Source of the DNA: an uncultured Acidimicrobiaceae bacterium
GTDB taxonomy: Bacteria > Actinomycetota > Acidimicrobiia > Acidimicrobiales > RAAP-2
Direction of reading: 5' to 3'
Assembly (NCBI GenBank): GCA_963821755.1
Contig: CAWGEX010000002.1
Span: 864,717-928,716 of the forward strand
DNA: 64,000 nt
The translations under genes and the position numbers were made by a program. Positions 1-8,864 of this stretch are shown one piece after another. The notes beneath the pieces were generated by a model. It had not been told where the DNA came from. It ran no database searches and saw only the letters and a list, made by a program, of their open reading frames with translations. Positions within the stretch are counted from its first letter, which is position 1; every line of letters begins with the position of its first letter.

Positions 1-379
1 CATCGCCGGTGGGCGGGGCCAAGAAGCCCGGGTCGCCGCTCGGGACGAAGGCCAGCCAGTTGCAGATGAGGATGAAGAAGAACACGGCCACGCCCAGGCC
101 CACGAAGGGCCGGCCTCGCGGCCCGATGGCCGAGTCGGCCAGGTCGCCCACCTGCTCGACCATGGTCTCCCAGAAGAGCTGCAGCTTGCCAGGCACGCCC
201 GAGGTGACCTTGCGCACCATGAGGAAGGCGAAGGTCAACACGATGGCGGCGGCGATCAGCGTGGTCCAGACCACGTCGAGATCGACGGTCAGGCCGGCGA
301 TCTTGACCACGCCGTGGTGGTCGCCGATGGTGATGTTGCCGCTGGCCAGGATCATCTCCTTGGAGGCGGTCAGGATCAT
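1..379 (-). CDS. atpB: F0F1 ATP synthase subunit a, N-terminal part (gene runs off the window start)
   Basis: Not in the ORF track (no stop in window). Reverse translation from ATG at 379..377 gives MILTASKEMILASGNITIGDHHGVVKIAGLTVDL...KLQLFWETMVEQVGDLA...FFFILICNWLAFVP, typical of a subunit a N-terminus. ATGA overlap with the atpI stop. Position after wecA/atpI matches actinobacterial atp operons. Confidence 0.75.
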   Translation of the reverse strand, partial: MILTASKEMILASGNITIGDHHGVVKIAGLTVDLDVVWTTLIAAAIVLTFAFLMVRKVTSGVPGKLQLFWETMVEQVGDLADSAIGPRGRPFVGLGVAVFFFILICNWLAFVPSGDPGFLAPPTGD

Positions 380-795
380 TGCAGCCCCGATGACATGACC
401 ACGCGGCCGACGTTGACCACGAAGAGAATTTGGAAGATGACCAGCCCGATCACGCTCCCGATACCCAGCGGCCCGTTGAGGAACAGCAGCCCGATGCAGA
501 TGGCCGTGATGACGGCCAGCCGGGTCACGCTCTTGGTGCCCATGGCGCGGCGCAGGACCTTGCGATCGGTCTCCCCCTTGGTCTGCACCTTGGCCACGCC
601 GGCATCGAGGAAGCGCAAGTTGAGAATAGCCAGGCCGAGGCCGATGAAAATGCCCAGCGCGCCCCAGGGCTGCGACAGCAGCAGGGCGATGATGATGGCG
701 CCGATCCCGACGATGATGGCGGAGACCACCGTGCGCCGCAGCACTTTGGCCAGGGCCGTTCCTTCGAGATCGGAGAGGCCCGACATCATGCTCAT
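376..795 (-). CDS. atpI: ATP synthase protein I-like small membrane protein
   Basis: ORF 376..855. Likely start is MSMMSG at 795, with GGAG a few nt upstream, just after the stop of the preceding ORF. Several hydrophobic helices. Directly upstream of atpB and translationally coupled to it. Confidence 0.55.
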   Translation of the reverse strand: MSMMSGLSDLEGTALAKVLRRTVVSAIIVGIGAIIIALLLSQPWGALGIFIGLGLAILNLRFLDAGVAKVQTKGETDRKVLRRAMGTKSVTRLAVITAICIGLLFLNGPLGIGSVIGLVIFQILFVVNVGRVVMSSGLQ

Positions 796-805
796 CGTCC
801 CGCTC

Positions 806-1084
806 CTACAGGTACTTGCGAATCTGAGCGACCACGCTGGCCGCGGCGGCGGCAAGACCCAGCACGAGCCCCACCACGAGCAGGATCGGGGAGGTGTGCC
901 AGGCGCTGTCCGCCCACAGCCCCAGCAGCAGCCCGGCCCCGACGCAGACGGCGGCGGTCAGTCCCATGTTCAAAAAGGCCACCGCTCCGGGGAGGGGTTT
1001 GGGCTCGTCCGTCCCCGTTGGCCGAGGCGGGGGTTCTGATTCCGTCACCGACCCGGGCGCGCACAGCGACGCCGACTTGTCCAC
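806..1084 (-). CDS. AtpZ/AtpI-family small membrane protein (F0F1-ATPase associated)
   Basis: 92-aa ORF ending in two hydrophobic helices (FLNMGLTAAVCVGAGLLLGLWAD...ILLVVGLVLGLAAAAASVV), as in AtpZ-type proteins that precede atp operons. GTG start, with AAGGAGAGG upstream. Confidence 0.5.
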   Translation of the reverse strand: MDKSASLCAPGSVTESEPPPRPTGTDEPKPLPGAVAFLNMGLTAAVCVGAGLLLGLWADSAWHTSPILLVVGLVLGLAAAAASVVAQIRKYL

Positions 1085-1118
1085 GCACGCGAATTCCTCT
1101 CCTTTACGCGGTGCGTGG
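1081..1118 (-). promoter_or_regulatory. GC-rich RNA hairpin covering the SD and start codon of the first atp-operon ORF
   Basis: Minus-strand RNA: CCACGCACCGCG-UAAAGGAGAGGAAUU-CGCGUGCGUGG (8 bp, 1-nt bulge, 3 bp). The SD-like AAGGAGAGG sits in the loop and the GTG at 1084 sits in the 3' arm. No U-tract follows. Confidence 0.3.
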
Positions 1119-1232
1119 CGAGCCAGAGTCCAACGCCCGAGGGGCCGCGATCGCGGCGTCGGGCGAGGCGAGGTGGACGAAAAACACGGCCACCATCATC
1201 GCACCCCGGTCCCGATCCCGTCCAAACGCCCC

Positions 1233-2426
1233 CTAGGTGAGTTTGACCACCTCACCGACCTCATCCCTGTCACCTGAGGAGGGACTGAGGTTCCCGGCCT
1301 CTCCGCCGGGAACCTCATCGACGACGCCCTTGCGCAATCCGGGATGGAAGAGCGTGTAGAGACCGACGCCCAGGGCGGCCGCCCCCAGGGGGATGATGGC
1401 GTTGACCTGGTGCACGAACAGGGGGAACAAGAGGAAGCCGGACAAAATGGCCGTCCAGGCCCACAGGATCACGACGGTCCGGCGCGGGCCGTGGCCCAAC
1501 CGGAGGAGGCGGTGATGGATGTGCTCCTTGTCGGGTGTGTGGAAGCTCATCCCGCGGGCCGTGCGCCGGACGAAGGCGAACGCCATGTCCACCAAAGGCA
1601 CACCCAGAATGAAGAAGGGAATGAGGAGCGGGGCGAAGAAGAAGTAGGTCACGCCGCTGGTGGGCACCGCGGTGGGCACCCGGCCGCCGATCACCATGGT
1701 GGAGGCCGCCATGAGGACGCCCAGGAGGAGGGCCCCGGCGTCCCCCATGAAGACCCGGGCCGGATTGAAGTTGAAGGGAAGGAAGCCCAGGCAGATCCCG
1801 CAGGCGATCACGGCCACCAGGGGGCCGATGTTGTCCGTCGGGAGCACGCCGAGGCCCATGAGGCGCACGCCGTAGATGGCCAGGGCCCCGCTCCCGATGG
1901 CCACCACGCCGGCGGCCAGGCCGTCGAGCCCGTCGATGAAGTTGATGGCGTTGGTCAGGGCGATGACCCACGCCGCGGTGATCAGGGGGATGATGCCCGG
2001 GGTCAGCACCACGAACCCGGCCAGGGGCAACTTGAACTCGTACATGGTCACGCCCATGAAGTACAAGATGCTGGCCGCCAGGACCTGGCCCGCCATTTTG
2101 GCCGGCGCCGACATGTCCCGTACGTCGTCGATGAGCCCAACGGCGAAGATGGCGCCGGCAGCCAGGACCACCCCGAGCGCTTCGGAGGAGTCCTGGAATA
2201 TCGGCCGCAGCGACGGCACGGTCATCGCGACCAGCATGGCCACCAAGAAGCCCAGGAACATGGCCGCTCCGCCCCCGTAGGGGATGGGCTTGGTGTGCAC
2301 CTTGCGCTCGTCCGGCATGGCCACGTAACCCACCCGCACGGAAATCCGCCGGGCCGGCGTGGTGAGGGCCGCGGTCCCTCCGGCCGCCACCACCAGGACG
2401 AGCAGGTACCAGCCGAAGTTGGGCAC
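1233..2426 (-). CDS. wecA: UDP-GlcNAc:undecaprenyl-phosphate GlcNAc-1-phosphate transferase (MraY/WecA family, GT4)
   Basis: 397-aa polytopic membrane protein with MraY/WecA-like motifs (IDDVRD, NAINFIDGLDGLAAG, VFMGDAGALLLG). Sits between glyA and the atp operon, as rfe/wecA does in mycobacteria. Confidence 0.85.
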   Translation of the reverse strand: MPNFGWYLLVLVVAAGGTAALTTPARRISVRVGYVAMPDERKVHTKPIPYGGGAAMFLGFLVAMLVAMTVPSLRPIFQDSSEALGVVLAAGAIFAVGLIDDVRDMSAPAKMAGQVLAASILYFMGVTMYEFKLPLAGFVVLTPGIIPLITAAWVIALTNAINFIDGLDGLAAGVVAIGSGALAIYGVRLMGLGVLPTDNIGPLVAVIACGICLGFLPFNFNPARVFMGDAGALLLGVLMAASTMVIGGRVPTAVPTSGVTYFFFAPLLIPFFILGVPLVDMAFAFVRRTARGMSFHTPDKEHIHHRLLRLGHGPRRTVVILWAWTAILSGFLLFPLFVHQVNAIIPLGAAALGVGLYTLFHPGLRKGVVDEVPGGEAGNLSPSSGDRDEVGEVVKLT

Positions 2427-2432
2427 CGACGC

Positions 2433-3716
2433 CTATCTCGGCAGGTCGGGATAGGGGGGAAAGGTGGCGCAGAGGGCGGCTACCTCGGCCCGGACGGCGG
2501 TGACGACGGCCTCGTCGTCGCGGCCCCGCAGGGTCCGGCCGATCAGCCGGGCGATGGTCTCCATCTGCGGGCCACCCATCCCGGCCGTGGTCTGAGCCGC
2601 CGTGCCCAGGCGCAGGCCCGAGGTGATGAAGGGCGTGCGGGGGTCGTCGGGGATCGTGTTGCGGTTGCAGGTGATCCCGGCCCGGTCGAGCACTTCTTGG
2701 GCCACCTTGCCGGTGAGCTCGGCGTCGAAGGGGCGCAGGTCGACCAGCAGCATGTGGTTGTCCGTGCCGCCCGAGACCAGGCGGAAGCCCTCGGCCGTGA
2801 GCGCCCGGCCGAGGGTGGCGGCGTTGGCCACCACCTGGGCGGCGTAGGTGCGGAACTCGGGGCGGGCCGCCTCGGCGAAGGCCACCGCCTTGGCCGCGAT
2901 GACGTGTTCGAGCGGTCCACCCTGCAGGCCCGGAAAGACGGCGCTGTCGATCTTCTTGGCCAGGTCGGCCCCGCACAGGATGGCGCCGCCCCGGGGGCCA
3001 CGCAGCGTCTTGTGGGTGGTCAGCGTCACCACGTCGGCCACGCCGACCGGGCTCGGATGAGCACCGCCGGCGATGAGCCCGGCCGGATGAGCCGCATCGA
3101 ACATGAAGAGGGCGCCGACCGAATCGGCGATCTCCCGGAACGGTTGGGGATCGATGATGCGGGCGTAGGCGGTCGAGCCGGCCACGATGAGCGAGGGCTG
3201 CTCGGCCTTGGCCAGGTCGGCCACCTGGTCGAAATCGATCACCTCGCCCGGGCGGTCGAGATCGGGGCTGGCCGGCGTCACGCCGTAGGCCACGAAGCGC
3301 CAGATCTTCGAGGTGATGGAAGCGGGCGAGCCATGGGTCAGGTGCCCGCCGTGATCGAGCCGCATGGCCAGGATGGTGGCGCCATGCGGGATCAGCGCCT
3401 GGTAGGCGGCGAGATTGGCATTGGCGCCGGCGTGCGGCTGCACGTTGGCGTGGTCGGCCCCGAACAGGGCGGTGGCCCTGGTGCGGGCCAGTTCCTCGAC
3501 CTCGTCAATGATCTGGTTGCCGCCGTAGTAGCGCTTCCCGGGGTAGCCCTCGGCGTACTTGTTGGTCAGCACCGATCCCGAGGCGGCCAGCACGGCCGGG
3601 GACGTGAAGTTCTCCGAGGCGATGAGCTGCAGTGTGCTCTGCTGCCGGTGCTCCTCCTGATGGATGAGTCCGGCCACTTCGGGATCGGCCGCCAGCGCGG
3701 CGTCCAGTGAGGTCAT
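2433..3716 (-). CDS. glyA: serine hydroxymethyltransferase
   Basis: 427 aa. LIASENFTSPAVLAASGSVLTNKYAEGYPGKRYYGG and TTHKTLRGPRGG (PLP-lysine motif) are canonical for SHMT. Confidence 0.96.
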   Translation of the reverse strand: MTSLDAALAADPEVAGLIHQEEHRQQSTLQLIASENFTSPAVLAASGSVLTNKYAEGYPGKRYYGGNQIIDEVEELARTRATALFGADHANVQPHAGANANLAAYQALIPHGATILAMRLDHGGHLTHGSPASITSKIWRFVAYGVTPASPDLDRPGEVIDFDQVADLAKAEQPSLIVAGSTAYARIIDPQPFREIADSVGALFMFDAAHPAGLIAGGAHPSPVGVADVVTLTTHKTLRGPRGGAILCGADLAKKIDSAVFPGLQGGPLEHVIAAKAVAFAEAARPEFRTYAAQVVANAATLGRALTAEGFRLVSGGTDNHMLLVDLRPFDAELTGKVAQEVLDRAGITCNRNTIPDDPRTPFITSGLRLGTAAQTTAGMGGPQMETIARLIGRTLRGRDDEAVVTAVRAEVAALCATFPPYPDLPR

Positions 3717-4228
3717 GGGGATGGCATCCCTTCGAGGTCGAGGCCAGGTTCGAGGGCTGGGTCGAGGACAGGTTCGAGGCCAGGTTCGAGGCCGAGGTCG
3801 AGGTCAGCCAGCTTGTCGATGCGCACGTCGTGACGACGCTGCTCGGTGGCGGAAAGGAAGGAGGCCAACGCATCGAGGGCGACGGCGCCGCCGAGCACGC
3901 GGCCGCCCAGGCAGATGACGTTGGCATGGTTGTGCTCGCGGGCCAGCGTGGCCGTCATGGTGTCGTGGATCACGGCCGCGCGGACGCCGGGGATCTTGTT
4001 GGCCGCCATGGCGATACCGATACCGGTGCCGCAGGTGCAGACGCCCAGCTCGGCCCGCCCCGACACCACGGCCCGCCCGACCGCCGCGCCGTAGTCGGGG
4101 TAGTCGACCGATGCCTCGCCGTTGGCCGTGCCCAGGTCATCGACCTCATGGCCCCGCTCGGTCAGTTCGGCCTTGAGCACCTGCTTGAGGGCGAAACCGG
4201 CATGATCCGAACCCACGGCGACGCGCAT
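3713..4228 (-). CDS. rpiB: ribose-5-phosphate isomerase B with a C-terminal LEPG-type repeat tail
   Basis: C-terminal 171 codons of shadow ORF 3713..5863: MRVAVGSDHAGFALKQ...GVCTCGTGIGIAMAANKIPGVRAA...HNHANVICLGGR. Start ATG at 4228. Stop overlaps the glyA ATG (ATGA at 3713-3716). Confidence 0.9.
   Translation of the reverse strand: MRVAVGSDHAGFALKQVLKAELTERGHEVDDLGTANGEASVDYPDYGAAVGRAVVSGRAELGVCTCGTGIGIAMAANKIPGVRAAVIHDTMTATLAREHNHANVICLGGRVLGGAVALDALASFLSATEQRRHDVRIDKLADLDLGLEPGLEPVLDPALEPGLDLEGMPSP
3733..3805 (-). repeat. imperfect 12-nt tandem repeat (caggttcgaggc-like) encoding the (L-E/D-P-x)n tail of RpiB
   Basis: cgaggtcgaggccaggttcgagggctgggtcgaggacaggttcgaggccaggttcgaggccgaggtcgaggtc. 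It translates on the minus strand as DLGLEPGLEPVLDPALEPGLDLEG. Confidence 0.8.
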
Positions 4229-4291
4229 TGCGCCCAAGTCTACCGACGCTCCCGGACCTCCTTCGGGCGTGAACCGGTACGCTCCGCGTCC

Positions 4292-5857
4292 ATGGCCCTC
4301 AACCCCCGTACACCGGTCGTCGTCGGCGTGGGCCAGGTGGTGGTGCGGCCCGATGCCCAGAGCGAGCCGGCCGACCGGCCCGAGCCCCTCGACCTGATGG
4401 TTCGGGCCCTGCGGGCCGCCGCCGAGGATTGTGACGGCGTGGCGGAGGGGGCCGGGGCGAGGGCCGGCGGCGCCCTGATCCGCCGGGCCCAGAGTGTCCG
4501 GGTCGTGGTGCCACTGGGGTGGCGCTCCATCAATCCCGCCCAGCTGGTGGCCGACCGGCTCGGGACCGAGCCGGGCCAATTGATGGTGTCGGCCATTGGT
4601 GGGAACACCCCGCAGGCGATGATGCACGACGCCTGCCTGGCCATTGGCCGGGGCGATCTTGACGTGGTCCTGGTGACGGGCGCCGAGGCCATGTACACCC
4701 GCACCCTGTCCCGCCGTAACCCGGCCAAGTCGTCCCTCCACTGGGTCAGCCAGCCCTCCGAGACAACGCCCCCACCCACCGCCTTCGGGATCGAGCGGCC
4801 CGGGGCCACCGACCTCGAGATGTCCCGCGGGGTGATCCTGCCCATCCACGCCTACCCGCTCTTCGAGAACGCCCTGCGGGGTGCCCGCGGATGGTCGCTG
4901 GCCGAACACGCGGCCCGCATCGGGGCACTCTGGGCGCGCTTCTCCGAGGTGGCCGCGGCCAATCCCAACGCCTGGATCCGCCACGCCCGAACGGCCGACG
5001 AGATCATCACCCCGTCGCCCGGCAACCGCATGATCTCGTTCCCCTACCCCAAGCTGGCCACGGCCAACATGCAGGTTGACCAGGGGGCGGGCTACATCGT
5101 GTGCTCGGTCGAGGCGGCGCGCTCGGCCGGCGTGGCCGAGGACCGCTGGGTCTTCCCCCTCTCGGGGGCCGACGCCAATGATCACTGGTTCATCTCGCAC
5201 CGGCCCGAGCTCCACCGCTCCCCCGCCATCCGCCTCGCCGGGCAGGCGGTGCTCGACATGGGCGGCGTCGGGATCGACGATGTCGGTCCGATCGACCTCT
5301 ACTCCTGCTTCCCCGCCGCAGTGCAGATGGCGGCGCACGAACTCGGGCTCCCGATCGACGACCCGGCCCGGCCCTTGACCTTGACCGGCGGGCTGACCTT
5401 CGGGGGCGGCCCCGGCAACAACTACACCTCCCACGGCATCGCCCAAGTGGTCGGGGCGCTGCGCGCCGATCCGGGCACGGGCGAGGGCGCAGGGCTGGGT
5501 ACGGTCGGGATGGCCACGGGCCTGGGCTGGTACGCCACCAAGCACTCGGTGGGGCTCTACGCCAGCCGCCCGCCCACGGGGGGATTTGCCTGGCGCAGCG
5601 TGCAAGACGAGGTGGATGCCCTGCCCCAGTGCCGGGTCGACTCCGATGCGACGGGCGCCGTACGGATCGAGACCTACACCGTCACCTTCGACCGCGACGG
5701 CAATCCGGAACGGGGCATCGTGGCCTGCCGCACGGAAGACGAGAGCCGAGCCTGGGGCAACGTCGATGACGTCGAGACGTTGCGTTCGCTCTGCGCCGAA
5801 GAGGGAATCGGGCGCACGGGCTGGTTGGCCGAGGGTGGGTTGCTCGCGCTCGACTGA
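4292..5857 (+). CDS. thiolase-like protein (acetyl-CoA acetyltransferase family) with OB-fold-like C-terminus
   Basis: In-frame part of ORF 3707..5857 starting at MALNPRTPVVVGVGQ (ATG 4292). Thiolase-like pattern throughout (IDLYSCFPAAVQMAAHELGL, LTLTGGLTFGGGPGNNYTSHGIA). About 521 aa. Confidence 0.7.
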   Translation: MALNPRTPVVVGVGQVVVRPDAQSEPADRPEPLDLMVRALRAAAEDCDGVAEGAGARAGGALIRRAQSVRVVVPLGWRSINPAQLVADRLGTEPGQLMVSAIGGNTPQAMMHDACLAIGRGDLDVVLVTGAEAMYTRTLSRRNPAKSSLHWVSQPSETTPPPTAFGIERPGATDLEMSRGVILPIHAYPLFENALRGARGWSLAEHAARIGALWARFSEVAAANPNAWIRHARTADEIITPSPGNRMISFPYPKLATANMQVDQGAGYIVCSVEAARSAGVAEDRWVFPLSGADANDHWFISHRPELHRSPAIRLAGQAVLDMGGVGIDDVGPIDLYSCFPAAVQMAAHELGLPIDDPARPLTLTGGLTFGGGPGNNYTSHGIAQVVGALRADPGTGEGAGLGTVGMATGLGWYATKHSVGLYASRPPTGGFAWRSVQDEVDALPQCRVDSDATGAVRIETYTVTFDRDGNPERGIVACRTEDESRAWGNVDDVETLRSLCAEEGIGRTGWLAEGGLLALD

Positions 5858-5920
5858 GGGCACCGTGGCGTGGCGTCGTGGCCTGGTTGCGACCTCGTTC
5901 CACCCCCTGACCTCATGTGG

Positions 5921-6535
5921 TCACGATCTCGACCTCCACCGACGGCGCCCTCCAACGATCAGCGCGGCTTCGATATAGGTTCGCGGCAAGGCACCAACCT
6001 CGAACACCGCCGGTGGGGTCACCCGGCAATCGAGCACGCTCGGCCCGGGACCCTCGCACGTCCCCCCGTCCACCACGAGGGCCACCTCGGTGGCATCGAA
6101 TGCTGACCGCACCTGTGCAGAATCGGTCAGCGGTCGCCCGTCGGCACCATGCGCGGCGGCCATGACCAGGGGACCCTTCCGGCGACAGAGCGCCCTGAGG
6201 GCGCGCCGGGGGGGCATCGTGATGCGCACGGATCCATCCGTTTCACCCACGATCAGGACCAACGGTCCGGGCCAGAATCGGATGGCCACCCGGCGGATGA
6301 CCTCGGACCAGTACGAGGTCACGTCGCCGGCCTGGGCGATCCGGCCAATGGCAATGAAGGGCACCGCGTCGTGGCCTCCGGCGGCGGCCAGGGCCAGCAG
6401 GGCCGTCACGCCCGGAGCACCGTGTCGAGCCGCCAACTGGTACCCGCCGACGCCGGGGACAACGATCACGTGCCCGTCGTCCAGGGCATCCCCCAGGGCG
6501 GCGGCGCCGGCCCGGACGAGGGGCGGCCCGGTCAT
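5921..6535 (-). CDS. L-threonylcarbamoyladenylate synthase (Sua5/YwlC/TsaC, YrdC-domain only)
   Basis: 204 aa with YrdC-domain features (RFWPGPLVLIV, VRITMPP, PLVMAAAHGADG). Follows prmC with a 4-nt overlap, as in prfA-prmC-sua5 operons. Confidence 0.8.
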   Translation of the reverse strand: MTGPPLVRAGAAALGDALDDGHVIVVPGVGGYQLAARHGAPGVTALLALAAAGGHDAVPFIAIGRIAQAGDVTSYWSEVIRRVAIRFWPGPLVLIVGETDGSVRITMPPRRALRALCRRKGPLVMAAAHGADGRPLTDSAQVRSAFDATEVALVVDGGTCEGPGPSVLDCRVTPPAVFEVGALPRTYIEAALIVGGRRRWRSRS

Positions 6536-7401
6536 CGGACCCGGCCCACGAGGACCCGGGAACGACCGGCCAGGTCGGGGACGGCGTCGACATCGAGGTA
6601 GCCGATGGACCGAGCCATGCGGACGGCCGGCGGGGCCTGATCGGGTGCCATCTCGATGACCACGGCACCCGGGCGCGACAGCCAGCCCCAGGCCTGGCGC
6701 AACACGGCCTCCACGTCACCGAGTCCGGGCGTGCCGTCGGTGCCGTCGCTGGCCAGGAGGGCGCCGGCGGGCTCGTGGCGCACCTCGGCCTGGAGGCCCG
6801 TCCACTGCGCGGGTTCGATGTAGGGCGGGTTGGACACCACCAGGGTGATCCTGCCCTCCAGGGCGGCGGGCAGGGCAGTCAGCCACGAGCCCTGCACCAT
6901 GGTGACGGGCAGCATCGGACCGCCGTCGTCCCGGCGCACTCGTTCGAGGTTGGACCTGGCCACGGCCAGGGCGTCGGGGCTGCAGTCAACCGCCCACACG
7001 CGCCCTTCGGGGTTCGAGCGCGCCAGTTCGGTGGCCAAGGACAACGCGATGGCGCCCGACCCGGTACCGGCATCGACCATCACCGGATCGGTGGCGCCGA
7101 GGTGGGCGATCTCGCGCAGGGCGACCTCCACCACCTGTTCGGTCTCGGGTCGTGGGATGAGCACACGGGGATCCACCAAGAGATCGAGCGAGCGAAAGGC
7201 CCAGTGGCCGAGCACGTACTGCAACGGCTCACCCGTGCCACGACGGGCCGCCAGCGCCCGAATGAGGTCGACCTCGGCCGGGCCCAGCGACGCGTCTGAT
7301 GAGGAGGGGCCGACTCCCAGCACGTCCTCGACGATGAAACGGGCCTCGTGCCGTGCACCCACGGTGGCAGTGAGCTCGGCGACCAGCTCGCTCCGGGTCA
7401 C
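6532..7401 (-). CDS. prmC: peptide chain release factor N5-glutamine methyltransferase
   Basis: 289 aa. SAM motif VDAGTGSGAIAL and catalytic VVSNPPYI (NPPY). 4-nt overlap with prfA. Confidence 0.9.
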   Translation of the reverse strand: MTRSELVAELTATVGARHEARFIVEDVLGVGPSSSDASLGPAEVDLIRALAARRGTGEPLQYVLGHWAFRSLDLLVDPRVLIPRPETEQVVEVALREIAHLGATDPVMVDAGTGSGAIALSLATELARSNPEGRVWAVDCSPDALAVARSNLERVRRDDGGPMLPVTMVQGSWLTALPAALEGRITLVVSNPPYIEPAQWTGLQAEVRHEPAGALLASDGTDGTPGLGDVEAVLRQAWGWLSRPGAVVIEMAPDQAPPAVRMARSIGYLDVDAVPDLAGRSRVLVGRVR

Positions 7402-8477
7402 GGCCCGAGGGGTTCGTCACCCGCCAATTGTCGGGCGCGCTTGTCCGCCATGAGGGCGTCCGTCAACTCGATCAAATCGCCGGCCAGTACCTGGTCGAGC
7501 TTGTAGAGCGTGAGGTTGATGCGGTGGTCGGTGACCCGGTTCTCTTTGAAGTTGTACGTGCGGATCTTGTCGACCCGGCCTCCGGCACCCACCTGCCCTC
7601 GGCGCTGGGCCGACAGTTCAGCGGCTTGGCGGTCCTGCTCGGCTTTGAGAAGGCGGGCCCGCAAGACCACCATGGCCTTGGCTCGGTTCTGAATCTGGCT
7701 CTTCTCGTCCTGCATGGCCACGACGGTCCCGGTGGGCAGGTGGGTGATGCGGACGGCCGAGTCCGTCGTGTTGACCGACTGCCCTCCAGGGCCGGTGGAG
7801 CGGTAGACGTCGACCTTGAGATCGTTCGGATCGATGGCGATCTCCACCTCCGCCGCCTCGGGGAGAACGGTGACCGTTGCCGTCGACGTGTGGATCCGGC
7901 CCTTGGCCTCGGTCACCGGGACCCGCTGCACGCGGTGGGTGCCGGCCTCGTGTTCGAGCCGGCTGTAGGCCTCTTTCCCCTTGACGAGGAAGACCGCTTC
8001 GTTGATGCCGTCCCGGTCGGATGCATCCACGGAGAGAATCTCGACCTTCCATTTCTCCAGGGCGGCGAAGCGCTGGTACATGTCGAAGAGCACGCGGGCG
8101 AAGAGATTCGCCTCATCTCCCCCCACCGCACCGCGGATCTCCATGATCACGTTGCGGCCGACGTTGGGGTCCTTGGGCAGGAGGAGCGATTGAATGCGTG
8201 CTTCCAACTCGGCCACCGACGATTCGGCCTGCTCGATCTCTTGGCGCATCATTTCCCGCTCGTCACCCGACGCTTCGGTCAGCATCTCCCGGGCCACGAT
8301 CAGGTCGGCGCGGGAGTTGCTCAACTCGTGCCAGGCCCGCACGATCTCGCCCAACTCCTTGTGGCGTCGGGAGAGGTCGCGTACCCGGTCCGAATCAGCC
8401 AGGATGACCGGGTCGGCCAGGTCGGCCTCAAGGGTGTCGAATTCCGCCTCGAGCGCGGCCATCCGGTCGTCGATCAT
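7398..8477 (-). CDS. prfA: peptide chain release factor 1
   Basis: 359 aa. RVQRVPVTE, the GGQ motif in STGPGGQSVNTTDSAVRITHLPTG, and IRTYNFKENRVTDHR. Confidence 0.97.
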   Translation of the reverse strand: MIDDRMAALEAEFDTLEADLADPVILADSDRVRDLSRRHKELGEIVRAWHELSNSRADLIVAREMLTEASGDEREMMRQEIEQAESSVAELEARIQSLLLPKDPNVGRNVIMEIRGAVGGDEANLFARVLFDMYQRFAALEKWKVEILSVDASDRDGINEAVFLVKGKEAYSRLEHEAGTHRVQRVPVTEAKGRIHTSTATVTVLPEAAEVEIAIDPNDLKVDVYRSTGPGGQSVNTTDSAVRITHLPTGTVVAMQDEKSQIQNRAKAMVVLRARLLKAEQDRQAAELSAQRRGQVGAGGRVDKIRTYNFKENRVTDHRINLTLYKLDQVLAGDLIELTDALMADKRARQLAGDEPLGP

Positions 8478-8542
8478 GGGAACACGCTAAGGAGCGACGG
8501 GGGTCACGGGGCGGGATGGCTCCCCGCGGCGTCGCGGCGTGG

Positions 8543-8785
8543 TTAGTCCTGCGGCGTCGTGGTCGGCGCAGCCTTCGCCTTACCCTTGCGCTCACCGTAC
8601 CGACGCTGGAAGCGCTCCACCCGTCCACCGGAGTCGACCAGCTTCTGCTTGCCCGTGAAGAACGGGTGGCACTCGTTGCACAGCTCGACGTGGAGATCGG
8701 CCTTGGTGGAGTGGGTCACGTAGGTGTTGCCGCACGAGCAACGTACGGTGGCCTCTACGTAGTTGGGGTGGATGTCAGCCTTCAT
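8543..8785 (-). CDS. rpmE: 50S ribosomal protein L31
   Basis: Last 80 codons of ORF 8543..9286: [67 protein letters not shown] at 8785. Confidence 0.95.
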   Translation of the reverse strand: MKADIHPNYVEATVRCSCGNTYVTHSTKADLHVELCNECHPFFTGKQKLVDSGGRVERFQRRYGERKGKAKAAPTTTPQD

Positions 8786-8864
8786 GGTGTCTCCTGCGTC
8801 GTTTCGGTGGTCCATTGTATGGGTTGGCCTGTCGCTCCCGGCCGGGGCGCCGGCAGGGGCGTCC

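Noticed and set aside
1315-3710. Very long ORFs 1315..2976 (-) and 1344..3710 (+) overlapping wecA and glyA
   Set aside because: These are shadow ORFs typical of high-GC DNA. Their products are Arg/Gly/Pro/His-rich with no family resemblance, and the alternative frames encode unmistakable WecA and GlyA.
3707-5863. 716-aa ORFs on both strands (3707..5857 + and 3713..5863 -)
   Set aside because: Only sub-parts are real: the thiolase-like gene from 4292 on the plus strand and rpiB at 3713..4228 on the minus strand. The remainder is antisense or upstream read-through with non-protein-like composition.
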